From NCBI GenBank assembly GCA_023150455.1, contig JAKLKW010000004.1, positions 3,197 through 67,196 on the forward strand: 64,000 nucleotides of DNA. Direction: 5' to 3'. How positions within the stretch are numbered: position 1 is the stretch's first letter; each line of letters opens with the position of its first letter. Below are positions 19,315 to 28,620 of the stretch, one piece after another. This stretch comes from Alphaproteobacteria bacterium. GTDB lineage: Bacteria > Pseudomonadota > Alphaproteobacteria > JAEULC01. The notes below the pieces were generated by a model that worked only from the letters and a program-made list of their open reading frames with translations, was not told the DNA's origin and made no database searches. The translations under genes and the position numbers were made by a program.

Positions 19315-20637
19315 TCATACCGGCGCTCCTTGGCTGCGTCCAGCGCGCCGGCTCCTGGGCACCGGCGCGGAGTCGAGCGCAAGCAGGAACTCCGCCAGCG
19401 GGCGCCAGGCATGCAACGGCGCGCTTTCCGCCACGACCATGCCGATATGGCCGAGCGGCGGCGAGATCGCCATCGCGCCGGGCATGGCCGGCAGCAGCGC
19501 CGCGGCCGAGGGCGGCGGCACGATGCGGTCGCGCACCGGCACCAGCATCAGCGTCGGGCGCTCGATGCGCTGCGGGGTGACGGGGCGCCCGGCGATGCGC
19601 CAGGTGCCGCGCGCCGGCTGGTTCTCGCCGTACCAGCCGATCATGCAGTCGCGCGCCACCGGCCCCGACAGCGGCACGCCGTCGTTGAGCCAGTCCTCGA
19701 GCGCGACGAAGGCGCGCGCCTTGGGCGAGGCGGGATCGAGCGCGGCGAACTGGCGGAACTTGCGGATCACGAGATAGGGGTCGAGCGCGTAGAACATCAT
19801 CTGCAGCGCGTCGACCGGCAATTCGCCCAGGAGCTGCATCGTCGCCGCGAAGCCCGGCGCCGTCAGCGGCAGGAACTGCTCGTAGCGATAGCGCGCGCCG
19901 GCATGGAAGTCCCAGGGCGTCGCCATCAGCGCGAGGCCGGCGATGTCGCGCCGGCGCCGGTCGGCCAGCGCCACCGCCAGCAGCCCGCCCATGCAATATC
20001 CCAGCAGCGCCGGCTCGCGGCCGGTCAGCTTCAGCGCCTGGTCGAGCGCACCCTCGAGCCTGCCGGCGATGTAGTCGGTCAGCGTGAAGCCGCGCTCGAG
20101 CTCGCCCGGCCGGTCCCAGTCGACCAGGAGCGGCCGCAAGCCCCGTCCCTTGAGCCAGCGCGCGAGGCTGCGCTCGTGCGAGAGATCGAGGATGTAGGCG
20201 CGGTTGATGAGCGACGGCACCAGCAGCACCGGTAGACCGTCGTTCGTTCCGTTCGGGCCGCCGTAGTCGATGAGGCGCGTTGTGCCTTCGCGCCACACCG
20301 CGGGCGGATCGTCGACCTGGCGGCGATAGGGGTGGCGGCGATAGGCCTGGACGCCGGCGGCGAGCTGGTCGAGCAGCCGCCGCGTCTCGTCATTCAGCGC
20401 GCCGAGGAACTTTCCCGGGTCGACGCGGTTGATCTCTTCCACCAGCGCGGCCGCGTCGTCGCGCAGCTCCGCCTTCAAGGGCAGCAAGCCTTGCTTCAAG
20501 AGCGGCAAGGCGGCGGAGGAGGTCAGGCACGTCCACACCGCGGTCATGATATGAAGCGGCAGCGGGCGCGGGCCCAGCCTGCCCGTCGATGCCGGGGGCG
20601 CCTGTCCCGTTGGCGTATGCGGCGGCGTCGTGACCAT
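19315..20637 (-). CDS. Alpha/beta hydrolase, class III PHA synthase (PhaC)-like
   Basis: LLVPSLINRAYILDL, GYCMGG lipase-like box, LEDWLNDG, DRIVP, GHIGM; upstream of phaA. Start uncertain. Confidence 0.85.
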   Translation of the reverse strand: MVTTPPHTPTGQAPPASTGRLGPRPLPLHIMTAVWTCLTSSAALPLLKQGLLPLKAELRDDAAALVEEINRVDPGKFLGALNDETRRLLDQLAAGVQAYRRHPYRRQVDDPPAVWREGTTRLIDYGGPNGTNDGLPVLLVPSLINRAYILDLSHERSLARWLKGRGLRPLLVDWDRPGELERGFTLTDYIAGRLEGALDQALKLTGREPALLGYCMGGLLAVALADRRRRDIAGLALMATPWDFHAGARYRYEQFLPLTAPGFAATMQLLGELPVDALQMMFYALDPYLVIRKFRQFAALDPASPKARAFVALEDWLNDGVPLSGPVARDCMIGWYGENQPARGTWRIAGRPVTPQRIERPTLMLVPVRDRIVPPPSAAALLPAMPGAMAISPPLGHIGMVVAESAPLHAWRPLAEFLLALDSAPVPRSRRAGRSQGAPV

Positions 20638-20896
20638 TCGGCTTCGCTGACCCGTTCGCGGACCCGGATGCGGCCGCGGCCTGCGGCCCGGCTGCCGGCT
20701 GTGCCGTGCCGAATCCGCCGGCCGCGCCCGGCTGCATCGCGGCAGCGCCCGCCATCCCCGCCTGGATGGCGCCGACCATGAGCCGCGACATGGTCGCCAG
20801 CCACTCCGGGTCGGACGCCATCGACGCCAGCTGGTCCTGCCACAGATCCAGGTAGCGCTTGGCCAGTTGATCGAGATCCGGCGGCGGCTGCGACAT
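20390..20896 (-). CDS. Small hypothetical protein, possibly PhaE-like, overlapping the PhaC-like gene
   Basis: DLDQLAKRYLDLWQDQLASMASDPEW helix, Ala/Gly/Pro linker, coiled coil LLRRLAALEARLAALE. Confidence 0.65.
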   Translation of the reverse strand: MSQPPPDLDQLAKRYLDLWQDQLASMASDPEWLATMSRLMVGAIQAGMAGAAAMQPGAAGGFGTAQPAAGPQAAAASGSANGSAKPNGHDAAAYANGTGAPGIDGQAGPAPAAASYHDRGVDVPDLLRRLAALEARLAALEGGAARRRGRAGGRDQPRRPGKVPRRAE

Positions 20897-21039
20897 GGCG
20901 CGAGTATAGGCAGGTAACCCTGTAATTTCTAGCAGGTGCAGCATGAAATGCCGCGCCGCAACGTCATGCAAACCCGCCGTAACAAACAGCGGTGCTTTGG
21001 GCTACAACTGGAACCGCGCCAGCGCAAACGGGGACGTAC

Positions 21040-22254
21040 ATGGACCAACCGATCTCGTCCGGCGACACGTACGCCGGTCTCGGCATCCGCCCGATGGTGA
21101 ATGCCTGCGGCCCGTCGACCCGCCTGTCCGGGGGGCTGATGCGGCCCGAGGTCGCCGAGGCGATGGCCGCGGCGGCGCAATCCTGCGTCGATATCGCCGC
21201 GCTGCAGGCCGCCGCCGGAAAAGTGATCGCGGACGCCACGGGCGCCGAGGCCGGCTATGTCACGTCGGGCGCGGCGGCCGGCTTGATGCTGGGGGCGGCC
21301 GCGTGCATGACCGGACTCGATCCGGCGCGCGTGGAGCGCCTGCCCGACACGTCGGGCATGAAGAGCGAATGCGTCGTCGCGCGCAGCCAGCGCAACATGT
21401 ACGACCACGCCGTCGCGCAAGCCGGCCTGCGCTTGGTCGAGGTCGGCATCCCCGACCGCTATTCCGGCGCGGGCGTGCGCGACGCCGAGCCCTGGGCCTA
21501 CGACGCCGCGATCAACGAGCGCACCGCGCTGGTGCTGTGGGTCGCGCAGCCGGGCGCGGAGCCGGCGCTCGCCGACGTGGTCGCCGCGGCGCACGCGCGC
21601 GGCGTGCCGGTGATGGTCGACGCGGCCGGGCAATTGCCGCCCAGCGACAATCTCCGCCGCTTCACCGCCGCCGGCGCCGACCTCGTCGTCTTCTCCGGCG
21701 GCAAGGCGATCGGCGGGCCGCAGGCTTCGGGCATACTCGCCGGCAAGCGCGACCTGATCATGGCGGCCGCGCTCAACCATCTCGACCTCGACGTGCACTA
21801 CGCGCAGTGGAACCCGCCGCCGGCCTTGTTCGACAAGGCGCGCATCAAGGGCTTGCCCGCGAGCGGCATCGGCCGCCCCGCCAAGGTCGGCAAGGAGCAG
21901 ATCGTGGGCCTCGTTGCGGCGCTGCGCCTGTTCCTGGCGGAGGACCCGGCCAAGCGCCACGCCGGATGGCTCAAGACCTGCCGCGAGCTCGAGCGCACGC
22001 TCGCCGGCATCGCCAACACGAGCCTCAGCATCGTCGACGGCGAGGTGCCGGTGGTCGAGCTGGCGGTCGACCGCGAAGCCACGGGGTTGAGCGCGCTCGA
22101 GCTCGTGACCCGGCTGCAGGAGGGCGATCCGTCCGTCGCCGCCTATCACGGCAAGGTGCGCGAGGGAATCGTCGCCTTCCGCCCGCTCTGCCTGAGGCCC
22201 GGGGAAGCCGCGATCGTGGGCCAGGCGGTCAGGAAGGCGATGGGGCGAAGCTGA
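21040..22254 (+). CDS. SelA/DgaE-like PLP-dependent enzyme
   Basis: VNACGPSTRLSG, VTSGAAAGL, VDAAG, FSGGKAIGGPQASG (PLP Lys), GIGRPAKVGKE. Confidence 0.85.
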   Translation: MDQPISSGDTYAGLGIRPMVNACGPSTRLSGGLMRPEVAEAMAAAAQSCVDIAALQAAAGKVIADATGAEAGYVTSGAAAGLMLGAAACMTGLDPARVERLPDTSGMKSECVVARSQRNMYDHAVAQAGLRLVEVGIPDRYSGAGVRDAEPWAYDAAINERTALVLWVAQPGAEPALADVVAAAHARGVPVMVDAAGQLPPSDNLRRFTAAGADLVVFSGGKAIGGPQASGILAGKRDLIMAAALNHLDLDVHYAQWNPPPALFDKARIKGLPASGIGRPAKVGKEQIVGLVAALRLFLAEDPAKRHAGWLKTCRELERTLAGIANTSLSIVDGEVPVVELAVDREATGLSALELVTRLQEGDPSVAAYHGKVREGIVAFRPLCLRPGEAAIVGQAVRKAMGRS

Positions 22255-22293
22255 CCAGTGGCGATCCCGGCCGGTTCGCGCTAAACCGCCTGC

Positions 22294-23214
22294 ATGGAAG
22301 TCTATCTGCCCATCGCCAACGTCGCGCTGCCGACCATCGCGCCGCTTGTCATCGGCGTCGTCGTCGGCGCGCTCAGCGGCATGTTCGGCGTCGGCGGCGG
22401 GTTCCTGATGAACCCGCTGCTGATCATGATGGGCGTGCCGCCGACCGTGGCGGTCGCGACCGGCGCGCTGCAGATCACGGCCTCGTCGATCTCCGGCTCG
22501 TTCACCCACTGGCGGCGCGGCACGCTGGACGCGGCCATGGCCGGCTGCCTGATCGCCGGCGGCGTGGTCGGCGCGGTGCTCGGCAACCAGGCCTTCGTCT
22601 TCTTGAGGAGCCTCGGCCAGATCGACCTCGTCATCGCGCTCGCCTACGTGATCCTGCTCGGCACGATGGGCGCGCTCATGCTGAACGAGAGCATCCGCGC
22701 GATCGTGCGCTCGCGGCGCAAGATCGCGCTGCGCGGCAAGCTGCACCAGCACACCTTCCTGCACGGCCTTCCCTTGAAGGTGAAGTTCCGCAAGTCGCGC
22801 CTCTACATCAGCATCTTCCTGCCGCTCGGCGTCGGCGTCGTGGTCGGCATCATGACCGCCATCATGGGCGTCGGCGGCGGGTTCCTGGCCATCCCGGCGA
22901 TGATCTACCTGATGGGCATGCCGACGACGCTGACCATCGGCACCTCGCTGCTGCAGATCACCGTCACCAGCGCCGCCGCCGTCTACCTGCACGCGCTCAG
23001 CACCCAGGGCGTCGACATCGTGCTGGCGCTGCTGCTGATCCTGGGCGGCGTGGCGGGCGCGCAGGCCGGCGTCATGTTCGGCCAGCGCCTGCGCGGCGAG
23101 CAGACGCGGCTGCTGTTGGGCATCATCGTGCTGGCGGTATGCGCGCGCGTGGCCTTCGACCTGGTCGTCACGCCCGACGAGCTGTTCACGATCCAGTATC
23201 AGCCCGAGGGCTGA
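22294..23214 (+). CDS. TauE/SafE family exporter
   Basis: Duplicated GVGGGF motifs, YLPIA N-terminus, multiple TM helices. Confidence 0.9.
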   Translation: MEVYLPIANVALPTIAPLVIGVVVGALSGMFGVGGGFLMNPLLIMMGVPPTVAVATGALQITASSISGSFTHWRRGTLDAAMAGCLIAGGVVGAVLGNQAFVFLRSLGQIDLVIALAYVILLGTMGALMLNESIRAIVRSRRKIALRGKLHQHTFLHGLPLKVKFRKSRLYISIFLPLGVGVVVGIMTAIMGVGGGFLAIPAMIYLMGMPTTLTIGTSLLQITVTSAAAVYLHALSTQGVDIVLALLLILGGVAGAQAGVMFGQRLRGEQTRLLLGIIVLAVCARVAFDLVVTPDELFTIQYQPEG

Positions 23215-23233
23215 GCGTCCGGACCTGTGGCCT

Positions 23234-23242
23234 TGCGCCGCA
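23234..23242. promoter_or_regulatory. Putative PhaR (AniA) box upstream of phaR
   Basis: TGCGCCGCA (TGC-N3-GCA). Short motif, so chance occurrence is possible. Confidence 0.45.
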
Positions 23243-23355
23243 GATCGGAAAAATGCTCTACTGCCAGAGGGGGTTACGGACCGCCGCGGCGGTTTCACGG
23301 AACACGGCCGCAGCGCGCCCCAGCCCGTAGACGTATCCGACAATGGGGCGACGTC

Positions 23356-23943
23356 ATGGCCGAACAGCAAGCCGCCAAACCACCCGTCACCATCAAGAAA
23401 TACGCCAACCGGCGGCTCTACAACACTGCGACCAGCAGCTACGTGACGCTCGACCATCTCTGCCAGATGGTGAAGGAAGGCACCGACTTCGTCGTCTACG
23501 ACGCCAAGACGGGCGAGGACATCACCCGCAGCGTGCTGACCCAGATCATCGTCGAGGAGGAGGCCAAGGGGCAGAACCTGCTGCCGATCAGCTTCCTCCG
23601 GCAGCTCATCAGCTTCTACGGCGACAACCTGCAATGGCTGGTGCCGGGCTACCTCGAGCACAGCATGAAGTCGTTCGCGCGCAACCAGGAGCAGATGCGC
23701 AAGTACATGCAGGACGCGCTCGGCGGCCTGTTCCCGTTCGGCGGCCAGTTCGAGGAGATGAGCAAGCAGAACATGGCGCTGTTCGAGCGCGCCATGAAGA
23801 TGTTCTCGCCCTTCCCGGCCGAGCAGCAGGGCGAAGCCGCCGCCGCCAAGCCGGGCGAGGCCCAGGGCGGCGACATCGACACGCTGAAGGAACGCCTGAA
23901 CGCGCTGCAGCGCGAGATCGAGCAGCTGACGAAGAAGCGGTAG
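23356..23943 (+). CDS. phaR: Polyhydroxyalkanoate synthesis repressor
   Basis: IKKYANRRLYNTATSSYVTL, GEDITRSVLTQII, FLRQLISFYG. Confidence 0.97.
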   Translation: MAEQQAAKPPVTIKKYANRRLYNTATSSYVTLDHLCQMVKEGTDFVVYDAKTGEDITRSVLTQIIVEEEAKGQNLLPISFLRQLISFYGDNLQWLVPGYLEHSMKSFARNQEQMRKYMQDALGGLFPFGGQFEEMSKQNMALFERAMKMFSPFPAEQQGEAAAAKPGEAQGGDIDTLKERLNALQREIEQLTKKR

Positions 23944-23946
23944 GAG

Positions 23947-23995
23947 GATTCACGCGGAGCCGTTGACAGCTCCGCGCTCCCCGCGCCTCCGCGTG
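23947..23995. repeat. CACGCGGAG-type palindromic repeat
   Basis: GATTCACGCGGAGC identical to 4277-4290; reverse complement of 23969-23995 resembles 4626-4652. Confidence 0.55.
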
Positions 23996-23997
23996 CG

Positions 23998-24516
23998 TCA
24001 TTCTCCTTCTTCCCCCACGGATCTATCGAGGTCGATCATTCGCACGATCATCGATCCCCTGGGATCGAAGGGCAGATCGACGAATCCCCAGCGCCGGTAG
24101 AACGGTCGTACCTGGTCATCGAGCGGGTGCGTGAGCACGCCGAAGCTGCCAACCTCGCGTGACGCACGGAGCGAGGCCGCCAGAGCATAGTGCAGCAGAT
24201 CTCGCGCATGGCCCCGCCCCTGTGCGCTTTTGTCGACCGCCAGTTGCCCGAGCAGAGTCGCCGGCACCGGGTCAGGCTTGTTGCGCCGGTGCGCCTTGGG
24301 CAGGAACTCGCGCTCGATCTGCGCGGCGCTTAGCGTCACATAGCCGATTATCGAGCCGCTGGCGGAATTGCAGATGATGCTGACGCGTGAAATGCCCGCC
24401 GCGTGATTTTGCCAAGCATGACGTCGAAACCATGCGTTGAGCGACTCTCGTCCGCAATCGAAATGGCTGCGATCGTCCGTTTCGGAGAGCGGTCGCGGTG
24501 GCGCTATTTCCGCCAT
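23998..24516 (-). CDS. GNAT toxin of a type II TA pair (AtaT/TacT-like)
   Basis: FDCGRESLNAWF, PVPATLLGQLAVDKSAQGRG, FYRRWGF; overlaps the antitoxin gene by 13 nt. Confidence 0.88.
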   Translation of the reverse strand: MAEIAPPRPLSETDDRSHFDCGRESLNAWFRRHAWQNHAAGISRVSIICNSASGSIIGYVTLSAAQIEREFLPKAHRRNKPDPVPATLLGQLAVDKSAQGRGHARDLLHYALAASLRASREVGSFGVLTHPLDDQVRPFYRRWGFVDLPFDPRGSMIVRMIDLDRSVGEEGE

Positions 24517-24767
24517 GTCGGCGGTTTGGCGAACAGTTCCTTGAGGGCCGGCACCGCGCGCGCCGGTTTGGCGGCCCAAGCTTCGAAGCGCGCCCAGTCC
24601 TCGGCCGGAATCGTCACGATGCGGCGTTCCAGCACTTCGAGTTCGGCCGCCTCGATAGCCTTCCGGCGCACGAAGTCGCTGACATTGGTACGGGCCTGGG
24701 TCGATGCAGCTTCCAGGAGTGCACGCTCTTCATCGCTCAAGCGCACACTCAAGACCGATGATGACAT
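24504..24767 (-). CDS. DUF1778 ribbon-helix-helix antitoxin
   Basis: LSVRLSDEERALLEAA..NVSDFVR..A, PALKELF; GAGGA RBS. Confidence 0.88.
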   Translation of the reverse strand: MSSSVLSVRLSDEERALLEAASTQARTNVSDFVRRKAIEAAELEVLERRIVTIPAEDWARFEAWAAKPARAVPALKELFAKPPTWRK

Positions 24768-24791
24768 CGCGTCCTCGACTCGTCGAAGTTT

Positions 24792-24808
24792 GTATGACAA
24801 TAGCATAC
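24792..24808. promoter_or_regulatory. Putative TA operator
   Basis: Inverted repeat GTATG-N7-CATAC over a minus-strand TATGCT -10-like hexamer, just upstream of the antitoxin start. Confidence 0.55.
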
Positions 24809-24844
24809 GCCGCCGTGCGATGGTAGCCGGTGAAGAGCGCACGG

Positions 24845-26073
24845 CTACTCCGTCCGGAGCGCCTCGATCGGGTCGAGCCGGGACGCGCGCTGGGCCGGGT
24901 AGAAGCCGAAGAACACGCCGACGGCGAAGCTGAAGCCGACCGCGAGCGCGACGGACTCGGGCTGGATCAGGGTCGCCCAGCCGGCGACGGCGGCGGCGGC
25001 GTGCGCGCCGACGGCGCCGATCACAACGCCGACGGCGCCGCCGATCGTGGCCAAGGTGGTCGCCTCGACCAGGAACTGGGCCAGGATGTCGCGCGGCCTG
25101 GCGCCGACCGCGAGGCGCAGCCCGATCTCGCGCGTGCGCTCGGTCACCGACACCAGCATGATGTTCATGATGCCGATGCCGCCGACGAGGAGCGACACGG
25201 TCGCCACGGCGGCGAGCAGGAAGGCGAGCGTGCGCGACGATGCGTCGCGCGTCGCCGCAACCTCGGTCAGGTTGCGCATCCAGAAATCGTCGTCCTGGTT
25301 GGCCTGCAGCCGGTGGCGCTGGCGCAAGAGGCCCCGGATCTGCTCCTCGGCCTCTTTCATGTCCTCGCCGTCGCGGATCTTGACGAGCATCGAGCCGACC
25401 GCGCGCGCGTTCGCCTGGCTGGTGCCGAGCACCCGGCGCTTGGCCGTCATCAGCGGGATCAGGATCGTGTCGTCCTGGTCCTGGCCGGCCATGTTCTGGC
25501 CCTTGCGCGCGAGCTGGCCGATGACCGTGAACGGCACGTTCTTGATGCGGATCTCCTGGCCGACGGCGCCTCCTTCCGGGAACAGGTTGATCGCCACGGT
25601 CTCGCCGATCAGCGCCACCTTGGCGGCGCCCGACATCTCCTCGGGCGTGAAGTTGCGGCCGCCCGACAGCGTCCAGTCGCGCGCCTCGAGGAACGTGTCG
25701 CTCGTGCCGTGCACGGTGGTCGACCAGTTGAGGCCCGCGGCGACGATCTGCGCCGTGCCGCGCACGACCGGGATCGCCAGCTGCACCGCGCCGATCTCGC
25801 GCTCCAGCGCGACCGCGTCGTCCTGCGACAGGGTCTGGCGCGAGCCCGATCCCATGCGCACGCCGCCCGAGGTGACCGAGCCCGAGACGATGATGATCAG
25901 GTTGGATCCCAGGCTGCGGATCTGCTCCATCACGCGCTCGCGCGCGCCCGTGCCGACCGCGACCATGGCCACCACCGAGGCGACGCCGATGATGATGCCG
26001 AGCATGGTCAAGAGGCTGCGCAGCACGTTGGCGCGCAGCGCGTCGAGCGCCGAGCGGACCGCTTCGATGTAGC

Positions 26074-26077
<4 letters not shown>
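24845..26077 (-). CDS. MacB-like ABC permease
   Basis: RSLLTMLGIIIGV, GGIGIMNIMLVSVTERTREIG, PAQRASRLDPIEALR. Confidence 0.95.
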
Positions 26078-26817
<740 letters not shown>

Positions 26818-26830
26818 CGCCTTGGCCCGC

Positions 26831-28501
26831 CTAGAACCGCATCGCGAACGGGTTGCTGCCGCCCGCGGCCGGCGCCGGCGCCTTGGGGCCGCCGCCGACG
26901 ATGACGTCCTGCCCGGGCTTGAGCGGCCCGCCGATCAGCTCGGTCACAGCGCCGTCGCCGATGCCCAGGCGCACCGCCAGCGCCTGCGGCTTGCCGTCGG
27001 GGCCGAGCACCCAGATCTGCCCGGGCGTCGAGCCGCCGCTGCGCGCCGCCTGCAGCTGCTGGAAGCGCGGCCGCTGCTCGTCGTTCAGCATCGCCTGGAT
27101 GCGCTGGCCCACGTTGCGCCGGATGCCGACGGCGCGGGCACGGCGCCGGTCGGGCTCGAGGTCCGCCTTCTGCAGCTCGGCGAACTTGGCCTTCGTCTCC
27201 TCGACCAGCTCGGCCAGCTGGCGCTGCTGCTCCTCGCTCAGCTTGAGCTCGGTCCTCAGCGTCTCGACCATGGTGTCGAGTTGGGCCCAGCCGCGCCCGC
27301 CCTGGCGGCCGCCGCCGGTCGAGCCCGGCTCGCCCAGCACGCCGCCGGCGCCCGGCGGCGCGGCTTCGGTCGCCGTGCCGGCCGGCTTCCAGCGCAGCGC
27401 GGCGTTCGGCACCTTGATCGCGTCGTCCCGGCTGTCGGTGATGATGCGCGCCGTCGCCGTCATGCCGGGAAGCAGCTTGCGCTGCGCATTGTCGGCCGTG
27501 ATCACGACGACATAGGTGACGACGTTCTGGACCGTCTGCGGCGCCAGGCGGATCTGCTTGACCTCGCCGCGGAACGTGTCGGCGGGATGCGCCGTGACCG
27601 TGAAGGTGACCGGCTGGCCTTCGCGCACGCGCCCGATATCGGCCTCGTCGACCGAGGCATAGACCTCCATGCGGCGCAGGTCCTCGGCGATCGTGAACAG
27701 GGTCGGCGCCTGCAGGCTGGCGGCGACGGTCTGGCCCACGTCGACGGCGCGCTGCACGACGACGCCGTCGATCGGCGAGCGGATCTCGCTGCGCTCCAGG
27801 TCGACGCCGACCTGCTGCAGCGCCGCCTGGCGCTGGTTGACCGTGGCCTCGGCGCTGGCGATCTGGGCCTCGGCGACGCGCGCGAGCGCCTGCGCGGCGA
27901 CCAGCGCCGCCTCGGCGGAGTCGACCTGCGCGCGGGCCGAGATCGCCTGGCTGCGCGCGGTATCGAGCGCGGCCTGCGCCTTGTCGGCGTCGGCCTGCGT
28001 CGCCACGCCCTTCGGCAGCAGGTCCTGCTTGCGCTTGTTGTCGCGCTCGGCGTCCTTGACCGCGACGTCGGCGCGCACCACGGCGGCGCGCGCGTTGGCG
28101 AGCGCGGCGCGCGCGCTCTCGATGTCGGCCTTGGCGCGCTCGGCCGCCGCGCGCTGCTGGAGCAGCTGCGCCTTCGACGACGCCAGGTCGGCCTCGGCCT
28201 GGGCCAGCCGTGCCTTGATCTGGTCCTGGTCGAGCCGCGCGATGAGATCGCCCTTCTTCACTTCGCTGTTGAAATCGGCCAGCAATTCGCGGATCTGGCC
28301 GCTGAGCTGCGAGCCGACCAGGACCGTGGTCACGGCGTTCACCGTGCCCGTCGTGCTGACCGCGGCCACGATCGGGCCCTGCTCGACCCTGGCGAATTTG
28401 TAGGCGGCCGCCGGTGCCGGGCCGGTATCGAGGAAATACGCCGTGCTCAAGGCCGCGGCGGCCAGCACGGCGATGCTCGATACGAGAAAGACGCGTCGCA
28501 T
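26831..28501 (-). CDS. MacA-like periplasmic adaptor (membrane fusion protein) with an inserted helical domain
   Basis: VGSQLSGQI, long coiled coil, SPIDGVV..GQTVAASLQAPTLF, LLPGMTA, VPNAALR; insert containing LSEEQ and LNDEQ. Confidence 0.9.
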   Translation of the reverse strand: MRRVFLVSSIAVLAAAALSTAYFLDTGPAPAAAYKFARVEQGPIVAAVSTTGTVNAVTTVLVGSQLSGQIRELLADFNSEVKKGDLIARLDQDQIKARLAQAEADLASSKAQLLQQRAAAERAKADIESARAALANARAAVVRADVAVKDAERDNKRKQDLLPKGVATQADADKAQAALDTARSQAISARAQVDSAEAALVAAQALARVAEAQIASAEATVNQRQAALQQVGVDLERSEIRSPIDGVVVQRAVDVGQTVAASLQAPTLFTIAEDLRRMEVYASVDEADIGRVREGQPVTFTVTAHPADTFRGEVKQIRLAPQTVQNVVTYVVVITADNAQRKLLPGMTATARIITDSRDDAIKVPNAALRWKPAGTATEAAPPGAGGVLGEPGSTGGGRQGGRGWAQLDTMVETLRTELKLSEEQQRQLAELVEETKAKFAELQKADLEPDRRRARAVGIRRNVGQRIQAMLNDEQRPRFQQLQAARSGGSTPGQIWVLGPDGKPQALAVRLGIGDGAVTELIGGPLKPGQDVIVGGGPKAPAPAAGGSNPFAMRF

Positions 28502-28620
28502 GGTGGTGATGTCCCGGACCGGATTTTCCTGTAATACGTCCCGGCAATTATACACGCGGGCGACCGCCGCTTCCTGCGCCGGCGGGCCCGCTTTTCTTGG
28601 GGAAGGATTTGGTCGGATCC

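Noticed and set aside
21040-22254. True selenocysteine synthase SelA
   Set aside because: Lacks the SelA N-terminal domain, and no selB/selC/selD is nearby; better described as DgaE/SelA-like.
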